Made by a program: the position numbers and the translations under genes. The notes beneath the pieces are model-generated. The model searched no databases. It saw only the letters and a program-made list of their open reading frames with translations, and was not told the DNA's origin. From Laetmonice hystrix (lineage: Eukaryota), in contig OZ249436.1 of the NCBI GenBank assembly GCA_965235115.1, forward strand, positions 38,132,001 through 38,196,000: DNA of 64,000 nt, read 5' to 3'. Shown piece after piece: positions 24,301-38,510 of this stretch. Each line of letters starts with the position of its first letter. Positions within the stretch are counted from its first letter, which is position 1.

Positions 24301-27300
24301 TAGACCTACCTGCCTGTTGTCCAAAAGATTACCTATAAATAAATTTTGCAGTTCTTGTTAAAAGGAGACTGCGCTTCAAGATACTCTATTCTTAGCATAT
24401 TTTGTCATTTGATCTGGGCCATGGCACAAATTGGGCGCTTTTGCTGTGCAATAAGTCGGCCGGGGAGCGGTTTGACGCGTTGTCGCCAGACGGCCTTCAG
24501 TGCACAAGGCTATAGGTGGCGCTGTGGTCACCGTAAGTAAACCAAGGTATATGCTGATAACAGAAGTACATAAACATATTAGCCTATGTTGTTTTATCAT
24601 AACAAAGAAAAAGAAAAGTTCCTTCTTCTAAATCAGCATTTATTGTGAAAAATAGCAAGCTTGGATACCTTATCTCAGACCTAAGGCATTTTCCAGTAAG
24701 GACCCCCCCCCCCCCCCCAAATGAAACATTCGTAGATGAAAAGACACCATTCTGGATGAGTTAGGTACTTGAACCACTCGACACTTCCCCTGTTCAGTAA
24801 ATCAGAGAACTCACGTTTCTCCTCATTCCACGTATAAATCTTTCGCCTTTTACTAAAGATTTCCGTGGGGAGGAACATTACAATGAGTCTATAGACGAAT
24901 TTTTGCATCCCTGCTCTAAGAGCGGGGTAATTGAATAATGAAGAATAGTCTCCTAACGCAAACTGATTCAGACGAAGAATGTTGTTTATGAATAGGCCTA
25001 ATTGGGATGGAAAATAAAAATTGTAACTAGTAAATGAAGAAAAAAAGATTACCGCAAGGAGATACATTCCAGTGCCTTTCAGAATTATTTAAGGAACATC
25101 TCCTCAAAGGGCTGGGTATTTAAAGCGAGGGAACTGAATGTTCTGCCTGAAGGCAGCATATAGGTACACGCTACAGATATAAAATGTGTTCTTTTTATCA
25201 TAAATATCTATTCTGCCTGAAAAAAACCCACCAAACACGCAATGTGCCCCCGGACGGGCGCGGTGACGGTAGAGGTAGACCTACCTTCCCGTTGTCCTAA
25301 AGATTACCTACACACAGAAGCCTTAGAGCGTCTGTACTCTTTTCATGGTCTCGATGTATGGATCAATTTGACAAAACCAATGCGTCTAAGACAAATACAT
25401 TTTGCAGTCGTTCTTCAAGACAGACTGCCCTTCAAGATGCTCTATTCTTAGCATATTTTGTCATTTGATCTGGGCCATGGCGCAAATTGGGCACTTTTGC
25501 TGTGCAATAAGTCGGCCAGGGAGCGGTTTGACACGTTGTCGCCAGACGGCCTTCAGTGCACAAGGCTAGGTGGCGCTGTGGTCACCGTAAGTAAACCAAG
25601 GTATTGCTGATAACAGAAGTTCATAAACATATTATGTTGTTTTATCATAACGAAGAAAAAGAAAAGTTCCTTCTTCTAAATCAGCATTAATTTTATTCTG
25701 AAAATAGCAAGCTTGGATACCTTATCTCAGACCTAAGGGCATTATCCTTTCAGTATTCCCAAATGAAAAAATGAAACCTTCGTAGATGAAAATACACCAT
25801 TCTTGATGAGTTAGGTACTTGAACCACTCGACACTTCCCCTCTTCAGTAAATCAGAGAACTCACGTTTCTCCTCATTCCACGTATAAATCTTTCGCCTTT
25901 TACTAAAGATTTCCGTGGGGAGGAACATTACATTGAGTCTATAGACGAATTTTTGCATCCCTGCTCTCAGAGCGGGGTAATTAAAAAAGGAAGAATAGTC
26001 TCCTAACGCAAACTGATTCAGACGACGAATGTTGTTTGTAAATAGGCCTAAATAAGATGGAAAAATAAAAATTGTAAAATAGTAAATGAAGAAATTAAGG
26101 TTACCGCAAGGAAATATATTCCAGTGGTTTCAGAATTATTTTAGGAACATCTCCTCAAAGAGTGGGGAATTTAATGCAAAGGAACTGCATGTTCTGCCTG
26201 AAGGCGGCATTATGTACACGTTACAGGTATAAAATGTTTTCTTTTTATTATAAATGTCTATTCTGCCTGGAAAGAAACAAATAACACAAACACGTAATGG
26301 GCCCCCGGACGGGCGCGTTGGCAACAGAGGTAGACCTACCTGCCTGTTGTCCAAAAGATTACCTATAAATAAATTTTGCAGTTCTTGTTAAAAGGAGACT
26401 GCGCTTCAAGATACTCTATTCTTAGCATATTTTGTCATTTGATCTGGGCCATGGCACAAATTGGGCGCTTTTGCTGTGCAATAAGTCGGCCGGGGAGCGG
26501 TTTGACGCGTTGTCGCCAGACGGCCTTCAGTGCACAAGGCTATAGGTGGCGCTGTGGTCACCGTAAGTAAACCAAGGTATATGCTGATAACAGAAGTACA
26601 TAAACATATTAGCCTATGTTGTTTTATCATAACAAAGAAAAAGAAAAGTTCCTTCTTCTAAATCAGCATTTATTGTGAAAAATAGCAAGCTTGGATACCT
26701 TATCTCAGACCTAAGGCATTTTCCAGTAAGGACACCCCCCCCCAAATGAAACATTCGTAGATGAAAAGACACCATTCTGGATGAGTTAGGTACTTGAACC
26801 ACTCGACACTTCCCCTGTTCAGTAAATCAGAGAACTCACGTTTCTCCTCATTCCACGTATAAATCTTTCGCCTTTTACTAAAGATTTCCGTGGGGAGGAA
26901 CATTACAATGAGTCTATAGACGAATTTTTGCATCCCTGCTCTAAGAGCGGGGTAATTGAATAATGAAGAATAGTCTCCTAACGCAAACTGATTCAGACGA
27001 AGAATGTTGTTTATGAATAGGCCTAATTGGGATGGAAAATAAAAATTGTAACTAGTAAATGAAGAAAAAAAGATTACCGCAAGGAGATACATTCCAGTGC
27101 CTTTCAGAATTATTTAAGGAACATCTCCTCAAAGGGCTGGGTATTTAAAGCGAGGGAACTGAATGTTCTGCCTGAAGGCAGCATATAGGTACACGCTACA
27201 GATATAAAATGTGTTCTTTTTATCATAAATATCTATTCTGCCTGAAAAAAACCCACCAAACACGCAATGTGCCCCCGGACGGGCGCGGTGACGGTAGAGG

Positions 27301-30300
27301 TAGACCTACCTTCCCGTTGTCCTAAAGATTACCTACACACAGAAGCCTTAGAGCGTCTGTACTCTTTTCATGGTCTCGATGTATGGATCAATTTGACAAA
27401 ACCAATGCGTCTAAGACAAATACATTTTGCAGTCGTTCTTCAAGACAGACTGCCCTTCAAGATGCTCTATTCTTAGCATATTTTGTCATTTGATCTGGGC
27501 CATGGCGCAAATTGGGCACTTTTGCTGTGCAATAAGTCGGCCAGGGAGCGGTTTGACACGTTGTCGCCAGACGGCCTTCAGTGCACAAGGCTAGGTGGCG
27601 CTGTGGTCACCGTAAGTAAACCAAGGTATTGCTGATAACAGAAGTTCATAAACATATTATGTTGTTTTATCATAACGAAGAAAAAGAAAAGTTCCTTCTT
27701 CTAAATCAGCATTAATTTTATTCTGAAAATAGCAAGCTTGGATACCTTATCTCAGACCTAAGGGCATTATCCTTTCAGTATTCCCAAATGAAAAAATGAA
27801 ACCTTCGTAGATGAAAATACACCATTCTTGATGAGTTAGGTACTTGAACCACTCGACACTTCCCCTCTTCAGTAAATCAGAGAACTCACGTTTCTCCTCA
27901 TTCCACGTATAAATCTTTCGCCTTTTACTAAAGATTTCCGTGGGGAGGAACATTACATTGAGTCTATAGACGAATTTTTGCATCCCTGCTCTCAGAGCGG
28001 GGTAATTAAAAAAGGAAGAATAGTCTCCTAACGCAAACTGATTCAGACGACGAATGTTGTTTGTAAATAGGCCTAAATAAGATGGAAAAATAAAAATTGT
28101 AAAATAGTAAATGAAGAAATTAAGGTTACCGCAAGGAAATATATTCCAGTGGTTTCAGAATTATTTTAGGAACATCTCCTCAAAGAGTGGGGAATTTAAT
28201 GCAAAGGAACTGCATGTTCTGCCTGAAGGCGGCATTATGTACACGTTACAGGTATAAAATGTTTTCTTTTTATTATAAATGTCTATTCTGCCTGGAAAGA
28301 AACAAATAACACAAACACGTAATGGGCCCCCGGACGGGCGCGTTGGCAACAGAGGTAGACCTACCTGCCTGTTGTCCAAAAGATTACCTATAAATAAATT
28401 TTGCAGTTCTTGTTAAAAGGAGACTGCGCTTCAAGATACTCTATTCTTAGCATATTTTGTCATTTGATCTGGGCCATGGCACAAATTGGGCGCTTTTGCT
28501 GTGCAATAAGTCGGCCGGGGAGCGGTTTGACGCGTTGTCGCCAGACGGCCTTCAGTGCACAAGGCTATAGGTGGCGCTGTGGTCACCGTAAGTAAACCAA
28601 GGTATATGCTGATAACAGAAGTACATAAACATATTAGCCTATGTTGTTTTATCATAACAAAGAAAAAGAAAAGTTCCTTCTTCTAAATCAGCATTTATTG
28701 TGAAAAATAGCAAGCTTGGATACCTTATCTCAGACCTAAGGCATTTTCCAGTAAGGACACCCCCCCCCCAAATGAAACATTCGTAGATGAAAAGACACCA
28801 TTCTGGATGAGTTAGGTACTTGAACCACTCGACACTTCCCCTGTTCAGTAAATCAGAGAACTCACGTTTCTCCTCATTCCACGTATAAATCTTTCGCCTT
28901 TTACTAAAGATTTCCGTGGGGAGGAACATTACAATGAGTCTATAGACGAATTTTTGCATCCCTGCTCTAAGAGCGGGGTAATTGAATAATGAAGAATAGT
29001 CTCCTAACGCAAACTGATTCAGACGAAGAATGTTGTTTATGAATAGGCCTAATTGGGATGGAAAATAAAAATTGTAACTAGTAAATGAAGAAAAAAAGAT
29101 TACCGCAAGGAGATACATTCCAGTGCCTTTCAGAATTATTTAAGGAACATCTCCTCAAAGGGCTGGGTATTTAAAGCGAGGGAACTGAATGTTCTGCCTG
29201 AAGGCAGCATATAGGTACACGCTACAGATATAAAATGTGTTCTTTTTATCATAAATATCTATTCTGCCTGAAAAAAACCCACCAAACACGCAATGTGCCC
29301 CCGGACGGGCGCGGTGACGGTAGAGGTAGACCTACCTTCCCGTTGTCCTAAAGATTACCTACACACAGAAGCCTTAGAGCGTCTGTACTCTTTTCATGGT
29401 CTCGATGTATGGATCAATTTGACAAAACCAATGCGTCTAAGACAAATACATTTTGCAGTCGTTCTTCAAGACAGACTGCCCTTCAAGATGCTCTATTCTT
29501 AGCATATTTTGTCATTTGATCTGGGCCATGGCGCAAATTGGGCACTTTTGCTGTGCAATAAGTCGGCCAGGGAGCGGTTTGACACGTTGTCGCCAGACGG
29601 CCTTCAGTGCACAAGGCTAGGTGGCGCTGTGGTCACCGTAAGTAAACCAAGGTATTGCTGATAACAGAAGTTCATAAACATATTATGTTGTTTTATCATA
29701 ACGAAGAAAAAGAAAAGTTCCTTCTTCTAAATCAGCATTAATTTTATTCTGAAAATAGCAAGCTTGGATACCTTATGTCAGACCTAAGGGCATTATCCTT
29801 TCAGTATTCCCAAATGAAAAAATGAAACCTTCGTAGATGAAAATACACCATTCTTGATGAGTTAGGTACTTGAACCACTCGACACTTCCCCTCTTCAGTA
29901 AATCAGAGAACTCACGTTTCTCCTCATTCCACGTATAAATCTTTCGCCTTTTACTAAAGATTTCCGTGGGGAGGAACATTACATTGAGTCTATAGACGAA
30001 TTTTTGCATCCCTGCTCTCAGAGCGGGGTAATTAAAAAAGAAAGAATAGTCTCCTAACGCAAACTGATTCAGACGACGAATGTTGTTTGTAAATAGGCCT
30101 AAATAAGATGGAAAAATAAAAATTGTAAAATAGTAAATGAAGAAATTAAGGTTACCGCAAGGAAATATATTCCAGTGGTTTCAGAATTATTTTAGGAACA
30201 TCTCCTCAAAGAGTGGGGAATTTAATGCAAAGGAACTGCATGTTCTGCCTGAAGGCGGCATTATGTACACGTTACAGGTATAAAATGTTTTCTTTTTATT

Positions 30301-33300
30301 ATAAATGTCTATTCTGCCTGGAAAGAAACAAATAACACAAACACGTAATGGGCCCCCGGACGGGCGCGTTGGCAACAGAGGTAGACCTACCTGCCTGTTG
30401 TCCAAAAGATTACCTATAAATAAATTTTGCAGTTCTTGTTAAAAGGAGACTGCGCTTCAAGATACTCTATTCTTAGCATATTTTGTCATTTGATCTGGGC
30501 CATGGCACAAATTGGGCGCTTTTGCTGTGCAATAAGTCGGCCGGGGAGCGGTTTGACGCGTTGTCGCCAGACGGCCTTCAGTGCACAAGGCTATAGGTGG
30601 CGCTGTGGTCACCGTAAGTAAACCAAGGTATATGCTGATAACAGAAGTACATAAACATATTAGCCTATGTTGTTTTATCATAACAAAGAAAAAGAAAAGT
30701 TCCTTCTTCTAAATCAGCATTTATTGTGAAAAATAGCAAGCTTGGATACCTTATCTCAGACCTAAGGCATTTTCCAGTAAGGACACCCCCCCCCAAATGA
30801 AACATTCGTAGATGAAAAGACACCATTCTGGATGAGTTAGGTACTTGAACCACTCGACACTTCCCCTGTTCAGTAAATCAGAGAACTCACGTTTCTCCTC
30901 ATTCCACGTATAAATCTTTCGCCTTTTACTAAAGATTTCCGTGGGGAGGAACATTACAATGAGTCTATAGACGAATTTTTGCATCCCTGCTCTAAGAGCG
31001 GGGTAATTGAATAATGAAGAATAGTCTCCTAACGCAAACTGATTCAGACGAAGAATGTTGTTTATGAATAGGCCTAATTGGGATGGAAAATAAAAATTGT
31101 AACTAGTAAATGAAGAAAAAAAGATTACCGCAAGGAGATACATTCCAGTGCCTTTCAGAATTATTTAAGGAACATCTCCTCAAAGGGCTGGGTATTTAAA
31201 GCGAGGGAACTGAATGTTCTGCCTGAAGGCAGCGTATAGGTACACGCTACAGATATAAAATGTGTTCTTTTTATCATAAATATCTATTCTGCCTGAAAAA
31301 AACCCACCAAACACGCAATGTGCCCCCGGACGGGCGCGGTGACGGTAGAGGTAGACCTACCTTCCCGTTGTCCTAAAGATTACCTACACACAGAAGCCTT
31401 AGAGCGTCTGTACTCTTTTCATGGTCTCGATGTATGGATCAATTTGACAAAACCAATGCGTCTAAGACAAATACATTTTGCAGTCGTTCTTCAAGACAGA
31501 CTGCCCTTCAAGATGCTCTATTCTTAGCATATTTTGTCATTTGATCTGGGCCATGGCGCAAATTGGGCACTTTTGCTGTGCAATAAGTCGGCCAGGGAGC
31601 GGTTTGACACGTTGTCGCCAGACGGCCTTCAGTGCACAAGGCTAGGTGGCGCTGTGGTCACCGTAAGTAAACCAAGGTATTGCTGATAACAGAAGTTCAT
31701 AAACATATTAGCCTATGTTGTTTTATCATAACAAAGAAAAAGAAAAGTTCCTTCTTCTAAATCAGCATTTATTGTGAAAAATAGCAAGCTTGGATACCTT
31801 ATCTCAGACCTAAGGCATTTTCCAGTAAGGACCCCCCCCCCCCCAAATGAAACATTCGTAGATGAAAAGACACCATTCTGGATGAGTTAGGTACTTGAAC
31901 CACTCGACACTTCCCCTGTTCAGTAAATCAGAGAACTCACGTTTCTCCTCATTCCACGTATAAATCTTTCGCCTTTTACTAAAGATTTCCGTGGGGAGGA
32001 ACATTACAATGAGTCTATAGACGAATTTTTGCATCCCTGCTCTAAGAGCGGGGTAATTGAATAATGAAGAATAGTCTCCTAACGCAAACTGATTCAGACG
32101 AAGAATGTTGTTTATGAATAGGCCTAATTGGGATGGAAAATAAAAATTGTAACTAGTAAATGAAGAAAAAAAGATTACCGCAAGGAGATACATTCCAGTG
32201 CCTTTCAGAATTATTTAAGGAACATCTCCTCAAAGGGCTGGGTATTTAAAGCGAGGGAACTGAATGTTCTGCCTGAAGGCAGCGTATAGGTACACGCTAC
32301 AGATATAAAATGTGTTCTTTTTATCATAAATATCTATTCTGCCTGAAAAAAACCCACCAAACACGCAATGTGCCCCCGGACGGGCGCGGTGACGGTAGAG
32401 GTAGACCTACCTTCCCGTTGTCCTAAAGATTACCTACACACAGAAGCCTTAGAGCGTCTGTACTCTTTTCATGGTCTCGATGTATGGATCAATTTGACAA
32501 AACCAATGCGTCTAAGACAAATACATTTTGCAGTCGTTCTTCAAGACAGACTGCCCTTCAAGATGCTCTATTCTTAGCATATTTTGTCATTTGATCTGGG
32601 CCATGGCGCAAATTGGGCACTTTTGCTGTGCAATAAGTCGGCCAGGGAGCGGTTTGACACGTTGTCGCCAGACGGCCTTCAGTGCACAAGGCTAGGTGGC
32701 GCTGTGGTCACCGTAAGTAAACCAAGGTATTGCTGATAACAGAAGTTCATAAACATATTATGTTGTTTTATCATAACGAAGAAAAAGAAAAGTTCCTTCT
32801 TCTAAATCAGCATTAATTTTATTCTGAAAATAGCAAGCTTGGATACCTTATCTCAGACCTAAGGGCATTATCCTTTCAGTATTCCCAAATGAAAAAATGA
32901 AACCTTCGTAGATGAAAATACACCATTCTTGATGAGTTAGGTACTTGAACCACTCGACACTTCCCCTCTTCAGTAAATCAGAGAACTCACGTTTCTCCTC
33001 ATTCCACGTATAAATCTTTCGCCTTTTACTAAAGATTTCCGTGGGGAGGAACATTACATTGAGTCTATAGACGAATTTTTGCATCCCTGCTCTCAGAGCG
33101 GGGTAATTAAAAAAGGAAGAATAGTCTCCTAACGCAAACTGATTCAGACGACGAATGTTGTTTGTAAATAGGCCTAAATAAGATGGAAAAATAAAAATTG
33201 TAAAATAGTAAATGAAGAAATTAAGGTTACCGCAAGGAAATATATTCCAGTGGTTTCAGAATTATTTTAGGAACATCTCCTCAAAGAGTGGGGAATTTAA

Positions 33301-33670
33301 TGCAAAGGAACTGCATGTTCTGCCTGAAGGCGGCATTATGTACACGTTACAGGTATAAAATGTTTTCTTTTTATTATAAATGTCTATTCTGCCTGGAAAG
33401 AAACAAATAACACAAACACGTAATGGGCCCCCGGACGGGCGCGTTGGCAACAGAGGTAGACCTACCTGCCTGTTGTCCAAAAGATTACCTATAAATAAAT
33501 TTTGCAGTTCTTGTTAAAAGGAGACTGCGCTTCAAGATACTCTATTCTTAGCATATTTTGTCATTTGATCTGGGCCATGGCACAAATTGGGCGCTTTTGC
33601 TGTGCAATAAGTCGGCCGGGGAGCGGTTTGACGCGTTGTCGCCAGACGGCCTTCAGTGCACAAGGCTATA
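21329..33670. repeat. Macrosatellite, left arm: ~2.03-kb dimer of ~975-bp and ~1050-bp monomers
   Basis: The identical MCPRTG... ORF recurs at 23212, 25242, 27267, 29293, 31318 and 32368; the marker cttcagtgcacaaggcta recurs every ~1 kb. Confidence 0.97.
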
Positions 33671-33814
33671 CCCAGTGAAGAATCTAACTTCACAGTGAGC
33701 TCACTGTGACCTCACATTTAAGGTATGGAAAGATCACATGGTTAGGTCACAGCAGACTCATTTTGAAGCAAGTAGGTTAACTCACTATAAAGTCACATGG
33801 TGAGGTCACCATGT

Positions 33815-34180
33815 TAGCTAGCTGTGACCTTTCTATGAGTTTGCAAATCTCACACTGTGAGCTTTCTGTGAGCTTTTTGTGAGTTTGAACTCACCATCTG
33901 AACTAGCTGTGACCCCTCTGTGAGTTTGCACAACTCACAGAATGAGCTTCCTGTGAGTTGTTTGTGAGTTTGTACTACAAACTCACCAGGTGAGCTAAGT
34001 GTGACCTTTCTATGAGTTTGCAAATCTCACACTATGAGCTTTCTGTGAGCTTTTTGTGAGTTTGAACTCAACATGTGAGCTAGCTGTGACTTCTCTGTGA
34101 GTTTGCACAACTCACAGAATGAGCTTCCTGTGAGCTGTTTGTGAGTTTGCAAGGCAAACTCACCAGGTGAGCTAACTATG
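33815..34180. repeat. Left subterminal repeats of the CACTA-like element (~177-bp unit x2, TGTGAG-rich)
   Basis: ctttctatgagtttgcaaatctcacac recurs near 33830 and 34006. Confidence 0.85.
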
Positions 34181-34304
34181 ATATATTTGCGAGTTTATAT
34201 TGTGTATTTTTAGATCTTATCAAAAACACAGTTATTATGGTTTAAATGTTTATTACATCATAATTAGTACAGAAAGGTCCATGTCCACACTGGAAGGGAA
34301 GAAG

Positions 34305-34725
34305 ATGGAGCTCAGTTCGTCAGACCATAGATCTAGTGCTCAGTTTGTCAGCCCATAGAGCTCAGTTTGTCAGCCCATAGAGCTCAGTTTGACAGACCAT
34401 AGAGCTCAGTTTGTCAGACCGTCCATAGAGCTCAGTTTGTCAGACTGTCCATAGAGCTCAGTTTGTCAGACCATAGAGCTCAGTTTGTCAGACCGTCCAT
34501 AGAGCTCAGTTTGTCAGACCATAGAGCTCAGTTTGTCAGCCCATAGAGCTCAGTTTGACAGACCATAGAGCTCAGTTTGTCAGACCGTCCATAGAGCTCA
34601 GTTTGTCAGACTGTCCATAGAGCTCAGTTTGTCAGACCATAGAGCTCAGTTTGTCAGACCGTCCATAGATCTCAGTTTGGCAGACCATCCATAGAGCTCA
34701 GTTTCTTAGACCAGAGAGCTCAGCT
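34305..34725. repeat. 22/26-bp minisatellite (CCATAGAGCTCAGTTTGTCAGA)
   Basis: Tandem copies directly visible, with a 166-bp higher-order period. Confidence 0.95.
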
Positions 34726-37700
34726 TGTTCATTCCGATCTTGTTCGTCTGGGATGCGCTTTAAGCCGGCCTCAGGTCGCCCTGCGATTCCTTGCGCTGCG
34801 ACGGAACCGTCGGCAATTGACGTGAATTTCATGCTCATGTCGCCTGTGAGGAGATCGGGTACACCTTCCTGCGACTGTCAGCATCTTGTCGCCGATCAAT
34901 TACAACCACGCTCAGGTCGACTGCGCTCGATCGCCGACTGGTAGGCCTAATCTTGTTCCGTCGCGGCGTAGAAGTTGAACAATTTCTACTTCTACGACGG
35001 CTGATCTTCTCGGTCGACGACGGTCGCCGCGCCGGCCCAACCACACTCATGTTACCCTTGGTCGACGACTGATTCGTCGTGGATCGTCGTGGCTCAGTCG
35101 TGGGTTATCGCCAAATAGGCAGTCGCCGACTGATCTGGCGCGGCACAAGGGCGACCTGAGGCCGGCTTTACTGCTTTGAGCTTTGCCACATCCCTCATGA
35201 TAGCTGCCTGATTTTGCTCCAGACTTTCTGTAAGATCAGCATGCTGAAATCTGAAAATGTATAGAAATAAACATTGTAGTGCAGCCATTAGAGTTGATAT
35301 TGAAAAACTTTTGATATTTGTTATTATTACAACACTGTACAGTGGCAATTTCCAGAGTTTTGTATATTGATGCCTTTATGTATGGCTCAGGTCGGCAACC
35401 TCTGGACAATTCTAATGATTGGCCATTGCAATTCTACATAGTTTATTAGTACCACTGGATCTTCAACCTTTGCATGTTGAGATCTAATTAATTTTCCTAT
35501 ACTAATAGCAATGAGTGATATATAGAAAAATACCTCAAGTGTTTGTTCCGTCACGTTGCTTAGCCTGGGAGGTTGCAGAGCTGCATCATTAGTTGAGACT
35601 TCAAATGTTGGCGTAGATGTTAAAGGAAATAAAAATGATAATATTTAAACACTGCAAAAGCATTGCATTGTCAAACTGCATTATTCCTGGAAATGGCAAT
35701 ATTAAGGCTTTTCGTAGACAAAGTAATTGGCCATTGCAATTACGTTTATTAGTAACACTGGATCTTCCACCTTTGCAGATCTAATCAATTTTCCTAAACC
35801 AAAATACCTGGAGATGTTCAAGGAAATACAATAATAATATTCAAACACTGCAAAAGCATTGCATTGTCAAACTGCACCATTCCTGAAAATGGCAATATTA
35901 GGGTTGTTCGTATCCGTCTCATTAGACTATAGTGGGGCCGTGGAAAATTTGTCATAACTTATGCGAATCTGCGTATTACAACTGATTACAACTAGTTAAA
36001 TACACATCACTTTAAGAGTGGTTTGTAGGATAACCGGGTAAACTACCTGAGATATTGATAGAACTTTCAAATGCGGAATCGAGACGAGACCGAGAGCCCC
36101 CTTCTGACATGACTACAGTAAGTCATAATATTTTAGTATAGTATTTATAGTGGAAAGTATAGTACATCACTACACTCTTAAGACACGTACCAGCAGTGCT
36201 TTATATCTCATCCTTCCAGCTCATGGCCAAAGACAGTACAGCTCCACTGAAAGTCCCAAGAAAAGAGAAAAGTTTATTAGAAACCTATCAAACACATCCA
36301 AACAAAAATCAGAATATTCATTAGCTATGGACTACCAGCATATAAATAATCACACCAGGCAAAGATGCCATGCATATTCTGTATTCTAATTGAAGACAAT
36401 GCTTTGAACCCTACGAACACACACAAACTGATGCGTTGGCGTAGATTAAATATAAAATACTTCACACGTGGCATGATGTGCCGACATGTCAAACATCAGG
36501 GTTACAGTACCCTGACCTAGTCCCGGCCTGGTATCTTATTTCTCCACACTCTAAGTAGGTTAATTCCTATTTTTATGGCCCGCCAACATCCCATAATGAT
36601 ATCTGCGGTCTCACCCTCTCATTCAGTGTAAGGAACTTTGGGCATATGAGCAAGAATGAGGTCAAACCAACGAGTATAGACTATACTACCTACATGTACT
36701 TCCACACACAAATCTACATATATAATATGTAGACCTTGAAAGTGAAAGAGACTAGGCCTATTATAATAATTACAAAATTGGAACAATATCCAATCAATCC
36801 TGTCAAAAGTATGAATCTTTTGTTCAGAAAGGCGATATGAGACTGTTGGTTTAAAGTTCTGCATGGGACTACATTAAAAAGGGGTGCGGGGGAAGGTCCT
36901 CCACACATACATATATATATAGGCCTAAATATGTAGCCTATGTCTGTAAGATGGCATCAGAGGCGGGGCTGTTATTGGAAGAACTATTTTAGAACATATG
37001 GAATACTCGATCTAAAGTGGCGGGAAAGAGCAACATATTAGTTTCCTTAGTTGAGGCTTTCCTAAGTTCAATAAATGAAGCAGATCATTACAGATTACAT
37101 AGCTATACTTACGTGTTTGTAGCCTGTATTGGAGGGACGTAGAATCTAGAATGATGTCTTGATGGCTGCACCCGAGCATGCAGGAGGAATTCGGTCAACT
37201 GAATTGCGCGCCAACCAGTTCACGTGTGCTGAACCTGGGGTACTGCTCATGACCCCGAGGTCATATTCCCACTCCAGCGGTCGTTGTACCTCGTTGCGTG
37301 TATTATGCTGTGTGCAGAATGCTGCACTCCAGGAAGGTCTGGGTCAGCGGGCCGCGGTATAATTTAGGCACAGGCCACATGGAATTTAAAAACGGGTGAA
37401 TAACTTGATCCCAACTTTGGACGTTGGTGAGGAGGTGTCCTCTGGTTGTTATTCTAGAGTCCTAGAATATGTAAGGTTCGTCTAAAACGACACCACCGCC
37501 ATTACCCCCCCCCCCCCCCCCTAAACACTTTTACAGCTGCGCGTGTCCTATTTAAATTGCGCCCTCAAAACAAAGTCAGATAGTTTGGTTCCAAACTTGC
37601 AGGGTTTTTATTCGGGAGATACTGAGGGGTGTAACCGCAAAGATTCATAATGATCCATATTCGGGCAGAAAGACACAGCAAGCGTGGGATTTCGCTATCA

Positions 37701-38078
37701 ATTCCCCGGCCGACAGGCGGCCGGTTGCCGTGACCGGCAGCGTCGGGCCCGCGAGCAGGGTGGATTCAGGTCGGGGTAGCTGTATGGGAGAATTACTACG
37801 GAAGCCGAGAATGCTACCCTTAAAAAAAAAAAAAAAAAAATCTCGCGAGAAAAAAATACACACAAGAAAAAATAATTTGCCCCCCCCCCAAAAAAAATCT
37901 CGCAAGAAAAAAAATCTCGCGAGAAAAAAAATTAGGAAAAAAAAATTAAATTAAAAAAAAAATTAAATTAAAAAAATAAAAAATATATAAAAAAAATAAA
38001 AAATATGTGTTTCTGGAGATCTCGCGAGACGAGAAGAGGCGAGAAATCGCGAGAGTTGGTGGCATGGGCGCCGCCATA

Positions 38079-38474
38079 TAGGGCTGGCCAGTTCTCGTGT
38101 CCTAGATAGGCAAACATGCGAGAAAGAGCGAGAATGGGGACAAACAGAGGATAGTCTCGTCAGTTTAGCATTGCTACGCCCATAGGGACCAGCGACTGTC
38201 AACTTCAAAATATTTTTGCTCCCCAATGAGAGCACTTTGAGTCTTGAGCTTTACAAATATGCTTAACTAACAAGTTTACTGAATGAAAAGGTACATTTTA
38301 CATGTAAGAAGTTAAAATTTTTACACACAGCCTGATTTTAGAGATTGTTGTTACTGAGCCTATGTTAAACCTATGGGCAATTTGTGACGTCACATTGTTT
38401 GTCCCCAAAGCGCAAGCGGTTTGAGGTTATTTTACGTCATTTGCATATCCAGGACACGAGACTGTCCAGCTCTA
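38079..38474. mobile_element. ~396-bp MITE (TAGGGCTGG...CCAGCTCTA), copy 1
   Basis: Has its own ~35-bp TIRs and is the reverse complement of 38511-38906 (the ORF MLSLGSKN... appears on both strands). Confidence 0.85.
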
Positions 38475-38510
38475 TTGCATTTAGTACACCAGTTTATTAT
38501 AGTTCGACCA

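Noticed and set aside
34305..34725. CRISPR-like appearance of short regular repeats
   Set aside because: Units are contiguous with no unique spacers, there are no cas genes, and the context is eukaryotic; it is a minisatellite
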